Assembly: GCA_964457525.1 (NCBI GenBank)
Contig: CAYWGS010000023.1
Span: 1 to 18,840, forward strand
DNA: 18,840 bases
Source: an uncultured Erysipelotrichaceae bacterium
GTDB taxonomy: Bacteria; Bacillota_I; Bacilli_A; Erysipelotrichales; Erysipelotrichaceae
Direction of reading: 5' to 3'
Shown here one piece after another: positions 14,792 through 18,840 of this stretch. The notes beneath the pieces were generated by a model. That model had not been told where the DNA came from. It did not search any database and saw nothing but the letters and a program-made list of their open reading frames with translations. Each line of letters begins with the position of its first letter. Within the stretch, counting starts at the first letter, position 1. The translations under genes were made by a program, and so were the position numbers.

Positions 14792-15538
14792 ATGACAGTG
14801 ATCTTTAAGAAAACAAAAGGCTTAACAGATGCGCCATTTAGTTATTGTCCTGGATGTACACATGGTATTATTCATCGCTTAGTTGCGGAAGTGTTAGAAG
14901 AGTTAGAACTATTAGATCGTTCAGTTGTCATTGCGTCAGTTGGATGTTCTGTTATGAGTTATGAGTACTTTAACTGTGATGCGATTCAAGCAGCACATGG
15001 AAGAGCACCAGCGGTTGCGACAGGTGTTAAACGTGTTCGACCAGACTCAATTGTATTTACCTATCAAGGGGATGGTGATTTAGCCTCAATTGGTACAGCT
15101 GAGATTGTTCAAGCGGCTCATCGTGGTGAAAATATAACAGTTGTGTTTGTCAATAATGCGATATATGGTATGACTGGCGGACAAATGGCTCCTACAACTT
15201 TACCAAATCAAGTGACTACAACCTCTCCTTATGGACGTGATACACACTTAACAGGTGAACCCATTCGTATATCCGAAATGATGGCAACCATTCCAGGAAC
15301 ATATTATGTGGAACGTGTAATGGCTGCCGATCCTGTCAGTGTTCGTAAAGCGAAAAATGCGATTAAAAAAGCCTTCAAGTATCAAGTAGAAGGTAAAGGA
15401 TTTAGTATGGTAGAAATACTCTCTTCCTGTAATATTGGCTGGGGTATGAGTCCAAATGATGCTTTAGAGTATATTAAGAAAGACATGGCTTCTTATTTCC
15501 CACTTGGGGTATATAAAGATAAAGGAGCGAACCAATGA
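14792..15538 (+). CDS. 2-oxoacid:ferredoxin oxidoreductase beta subunit (TPP- and [4Fe-4S]-binding)
   Basis: 248 aa with cluster cysteines (YCPGCTHG, VGCS, SSCN). The TPP motif GDGD...NNAIYGMTGGQ is present. It starts 1 nt after the alpha stop. Confidence 0.9.
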   Translation: MTVIFKKTKGLTDAPFSYCPGCTHGIIHRLVAEVLEELELLDRSVVIASVGCSVMSYEYFNCDAIQAAHGRAPAVATGVKRVRPDSIVFTYQGDGDLASIGTAEIVQAAHRGENITVVFVNNAIYGMTGGQMAPTTLPNQVTTTSPYGRDTHLTGEPIRISEMMATIPGTYYVERVMAADPVSVRKAKNAIKKAFKYQVEGKGFSMVEILSSCNIGWGMSPNDALEYIKKDMASYFPLGVYKDKGANQ

Positions 15539-16071
15539 AACCAATCAAATTAGTTTGTGCTGGTTTTGGTGGTCAAGGTGTTTTATCGGTTGGTCAACTC
15601 ATCGCAATGATGGCCATGGATAAAGGGTTTGCGGTAAGTTGGATGCCATCGTATGGACCTGAAATGCGGGGTGGTACTGCAAACTGTCATGTCGTGATTG
15701 ATCAAAATGAAGTGAGTTCCCCGATTATTGCGGATGGAATTACCCATTTATTGGCTATGAATCAACCTGCTTTAGATAAGTTCTTACCTAAGTGTTCTAA
15801 AGATGCGAAGATTGTTATTAATGCATCCTTGATAAAGGATTATTCTATCCCAAGTTCAATGACCGCCATTCCTCTTGATTTTAATCAGATTGCTCAAGAG
15901 GTTGGTAACCTTAAAGTGCAAAATATGGCAGCTCTTGGTGCATTAACTCGTACCTTTTCAGAATTTGAGATGAAAGATGGTTTACAAATTATCGATGTTA
16001 AGTTTGGTTTAAAAGATAAAGGAATTACCGAACTCAATAAAAAAGCCTATACGATTGGATATGAAAAGTAG
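15535..16071 (+). CDS. 2-oxoacid:ferredoxin oxidoreductase gamma subunit
   Basis: 178 aa with the N-terminal GFGGQGV motif typical of POR/VOR/KOR gamma subunits. There is an ATGA overlap with the beta subunit. Confidence 0.88.
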   Translation: MKPIKLVCAGFGGQGVLSVGQLIAMMAMDKGFAVSWMPSYGPEMRGGTANCHVVIDQNEVSSPIIADGITHLLAMNQPALDKFLPKCSKDAKIVINASLIKDYSIPSSMTAIPLDFNQIAQEVGNLKVQNMAALGALTRTFSEFEMKDGLQIIDVKFGLKDKGITELNKKAYTIGYEK

Positions 16072-16094
16072 TTCATTATGAACTACTTTTTTTT
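16064..16094. terminator. Strong intrinsic terminator ending the oxidoreductase operon (shared with convergent TetR gene)
   Basis: AAAAGTAGTTCAT-T-ATGAACTACTTTT is a near-perfect 13-nt inverted repeat followed by a T-run to 16094. It contains both stop codons. Confidence 0.85.
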
Positions 16095-16735
16095 GCGTTA
16101 TACGTTTGATCTCCAACTCTTAATAATTGGATGAATAGATTTAGATAATTCTCAAGGACCCATTCGAGATGGTCATCGCTTCCTAATTCTTGTGCCTTCT
16201 CAAAAGCTTGAGAAACCCCAGCAAATAAGGATTGAGCTAACATATCACATAAGAGCGCTTTCTTCTCATCATCGATTCCAACATTAGGGAACCATCTTTG
16301 AATGATGTGGTAGATAAGTTTGTTTATCCATTGGATAATTTGATTGTTAATTTTAGAATATCTAAATAAGATGAGAAGTTCTTTTTTCTTTTGCATAAAG
16401 ATTTTTACTAAGTCTTTACTCATCAATTTTATCTGAGAATTAAAGTATTCATCTCTTCTTGCTTTAAGATAATCATTCATTTCAATTGGAAATTCAATCA
16501 ATGGAATAATTGTTTGATTAAGTGCCCAAATGGTATCCGATACAAGTGCACTAAATAGATCTTCTTTATCTTTATAGTAATGATAGAGGTTTCCAACTGT
16601 CATATTTGCGTTCTTAGCGATGTTGCGCATGGACGCATCATTATAACCATGATTAAAGAATTCATCGAGTGCTGATTTAAGAATTAAGTCTCTATATTCT
16701 TGTTTAAGTACTTGTGGCATAATAATAGTATACAT
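16076..16735 (-). CDS. TetR/AcrR-family transcriptional regulator
   Basis: 219 aa with an N-terminal TetR HTH (ASMRNIAKNANMTVGNLYHYYKDKEDLF) and a helical C-terminal ligand domain. The start could also be the ATG at 16720. No clear SD exists for either. Confidence 0.85.
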   Translation of the reverse strand: MYTIIMPQVLKQEYRDLILKSALDEFFNHGYNDASMRNIAKNANMTVGNLYHYYKDKEDLFSALVSDTIWALNQTIIPLIEFPIEMNDYLKARRDEYFNSQIKLMSKDLVKIFMQKKKELLILFRYSKINNQIIQWINKLIYHIIQRWFPNVGIDDEKKALLCDMLAQSLFAGVSQAFEKAQELGSDDHLEWVLENYLNLFIQLLRVGDQTYNAKKSSS

Positions 16736-16870
16736 ATGTTCATCATTAATAACAAGAAAAGTGAGTAAATGCTTATTTTAAGAGTATATTGCTTGTAAAC
16801 AGACCTTGGTTTTTGAATAATTAGAGTAGTTTAGGAATGATTACTATTTAAAAGGAATGAGGAAATAACA

Positions 16871-17269
16871 ATGAAATGGTTCTTGTATTATGGGATTGCA
16901 TTTGCAGTGTTTATGGTCATTGATTTAATTTGGCTTGGATTTATTGCGAAAGATCTTTATTCAAAGTATTTAGGGTATTTGATGAGTGATAAAGTTAATT
17001 GGATTGCCGCAATTGTATTTTACTTAGTGTTTATTGGGGGTGTTTGTTATTTCGTATTGTATCCAAGTTTGGCGGATCAGAATATAACAAATCTTATTAC
17101 TCGTGCAGTCTTATTTGGTTTTATAACGTACGCAACCTATGATTTAACGAATCTTGCGACTGTACGTGATTGGCCGATTCAAATTACGATTATTGATTTA
17201 ATTTGGGGTACAACACTATCTACTAGCGTTAGTGTAATTTCATATTTGATTATTAATCAATTGGGGTAA
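16871..17269 (+). CDS. DUF2177-family integral membrane protein
   Basis: 132 aa with four predicted TM helices. The opening FMVIDLIWLGFIAKDLY and the later ATYDLTN read like DUF2177 as I recall it. Confidence 0.55.
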   Translation: MKWFLYYGIAFAVFMVIDLIWLGFIAKDLYSKYLGYLMSDKVNWIAAIVFYLVFIGGVCYFVLYPSLADQNITNLITRAVLFGFITYATYDLTNLATVRDWPIQITIIDLIWGTTLSTSVSVISYLIINQLG

Positions 17270-17272
17270 TCT

Positions 17273-18840
17273 ATGCGTATTAATGGTAATGAATTATATT
17301 CTTATATTGTATCAGGTGCTCGAAATGTTATTGTAAATGAGCAGAATTTAAATCGAATTAATGTCTTTCCTGTTCCAGATGGGGATACAGGGACCAATCT
17401 TGCATTAACGATGAACTCAATCTTACAAGGCGTTGAGAAAGTTCAAGATGCAAATCAAATGTTGGATAAAGTAGCTCGAGTATCAATTGATAATGCTTAT
17501 GGAAATTCAGGTATGATTTTTGCTCAATATTTCATTGGATGGTCAAAAGCGCTTGAGTCTAAAACAAGTATCTCTCCAACTGAATTAGTTGAGAGTTTGA
17601 AACAAGCTGCTCAACATGCGGTTGATTCTGTAACTCATCCAAAAGAAGGAACGATTCTTACAGTGATGCGTGAATGGGCAAACCATTTCGAATTGCCAAA
17701 TGAAGATGATTTAGAAACAATCTTTGAATCTTCACTCGTTAAATTACAAGACTCGGTTAGTAAGACAAAAAATCAATTGAAGATTCTTAAAGATAATAAT
17801 GTGGTGGATGCAGGGGCACAGGCTTTCTATTACTTTGTGGAAGGCATTGTTCGATTTATAAAGAATCATAGTTTAGACAACTTAGAGTTTAAAGCAGCGA
17901 GCTTGGATTTAATTACCGAACCTTTGTTAAGTGTTGATGTTGGTGAACATCGTTATTGTTCACAATTCTTAATCAAATCCGATGATTCAAAAGAAACAAT
18001 TGAATCCTTAATCCATATGCATGGTGATTCACTTGTCATAAATAAGAATGATCAGCACATCAGTATTCATGTACATACCAATGATCCACATCTTGTGATG
18101 AAGAAGTTAGTTGAGCGTGGAGAAGTCTTATCGCATAAAGCAGATGATATGTTCTTGCAGGCTAACTTAATTCATAATAAGAAAGCTAAAATGGCAATAA
18201 TTACAGATTCCATTGCGGATTTACCAAGAGATTTCATGGATCAAGAACATTGTGTATTACTTCCTTTAAATATAATTATTGATTCGGTTGTTTATATGGA
18301 TAAAGTAACGATGAAGGCAGAGGATTTTTATCAAAATCTAGATGATTATCATTTAAATCCAAGTTCATCTCAAGTATCTCCAAAAGTCATTGAAAGAGTA
18401 TTTAATCAATTACTACAGAACTATGATGAAGTCATTGGCATATTCGTTTCATCTAAAATGAGTGGCACCTATAACAACATCAAGAAGGTTGTGGAAAAGT
18501 TAAATCTTGATGGTAAACGTGTTGAGATTATTGATTCTAAGAATAATTCAGTAACTGAAGGTTTGTTGGTTAGAGAAGCATTACTTTTGAAGCGTCAAGA
18601 TAAATCATTTGATGAAATTGTTTCTCATGTTAAATCAATGATTCCTAACTTAAGAATTTATGTAAGTGTCATGGATCTCAAGTATATGTTAAGAGGTGGA
18701 CGTGTTTCTAAGGTAACTGGTTTTGTTCTATCTAAGTTAAAACTTCAACCTGTAATTTCGATTGATAAAGAGGGTAAAGGTATTATTCCATTTAAGTCTT
18801 TAAGTCAAAAGAGTGCAATTAAGTCCATTCTAAAAACAAT
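17273..18840 (+). CDS. FakA-like (Dak2/DhaL kinase domain plus middle domain) fused to a DegV/FakB fatty-acid-binding domain; 3'-partial, runs off the window
   Basis: This ORF is not in the supplied track. The frame is open from ATG 17273 to the window end (522 codons with no stop, checked by hand). The N-terminus has NVFPVPDGDTGTN (from 17378). The middle region has HRYCSQF and GDSLVI...IHVHTNDPH, as in FakA/YloV. From ATG codon 307 (18191), MAIITDSIADLP...VSSKMSGTYNN is a DegV signature. Confidence 0.8.
   Translation, partial: MRINGNELYSYIVSGARNVIVNEQNLNRINVFPVPDGDTGTNLALTMNSILQGVEKVQDANQMLDKVARVSIDNAYGNSGMIFAQYFIGWSKALESKTSISPTELVESLKQAAQHAVDSVTHPKEGTILTVMREWANHFELPNEDDLETIFESSLVKLQDSVSKTKNQLKILKDNNVVDAGAQAFYYFVEGIVRFIKNHSLDNLEFKAASLDLITEPLLSVDVGEHRYCSQFLIKSDDSKETIESLIHMHGDSLVINKNDQHISIHVHTNDPHLVMKKLVERGEVLSHKADDMFLQANLIHNKKAKMAIITDSIADLPRDFMDQEHCVLLPLNIIIDSVVYMDKVTMKAEDFYQNLDDYHLNPSSSQVSPKVIERVFNQLLQNYDEVIGIFVSSKMSGTYNNIKKVVEKLNLDGKRVEIIDSKNNSVTEGLLVREALLLKRQDKSFDEIVSHVKSMIPNLRIYVSVMDLKYMLRGGRVSKVTGFVLSKLKLQPVISIDKEGKGIIPFKSLSQKSAIKSILKT

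Noticed and set aside
16833-16860. 8-nt direct repeat AGGAATGA, two copies 20 bp apart upstream of DUF2177, as a TetR operator.
   Set aside because: TetR operators are normally palindromic. The second copy is simply part of the purine-rich SD region, and the repeat is short enough to be chance.
1-18840. Scan for CRISPR arrays, tRNA/rRNA genes, long tandem repeats and recognisable defence-system genes.
   Set aside because: No regularly spaced direct repeats, cloverleaf-compatible segments or rRNA-like conserved stretches were seen. Every intergenic gap is under 250 bp and is accounted for by promoters, terminators or the IS ends.

Overview
AT-rich, Bacillota-type chromosomal segment, mostly core genes, with one insertion sequence at the left edge. 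Left to right: an apparently intact IS256-family element (84-1411); a DUF952 gene; a translationally coupled pair of uncharacterised membrane proteins on the minus strand, one with a C-terminal zinc ribbon; a helical hypothetical protein; a tig-lon-engB operon whose consensus promoter is overlapped by a 17/18 match to the CIRCE/HrcA operator; a small FMN-binding lipoprotein; a two-domain VOC dioxygenase-like gene; ptb-buk; a 186-bp regulatory gap (cre-like palindrome, promoter, terminator/antiterminator pair); then a tightly coupled six-gene block of leucine-type dehydrogenase, a MinD/CooC-like P-loop NTPase and a four-subunit 2-oxoacid:ferredoxin oxidoreductase; a TetR regulator; and a DUF2177 membrane protein. 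A long ORF absent from the supplied track runs off the right edge (17273->18840). It reads as FakA N-terminal and middle domains fused to a true DegV/FakB domain. I found no tRNA/rRNA, no CRISPR array and no recognisable defence system, and no convincing wholly novel multi-gene system. The best second-look items are the ldh leader attenuator, CIRCE in front of tig-lon, the orphan NTPase inside the oxidoreductase operon and the FakA-DegV fusion. All family calls come from reading motifs by eye; no database search was possible.
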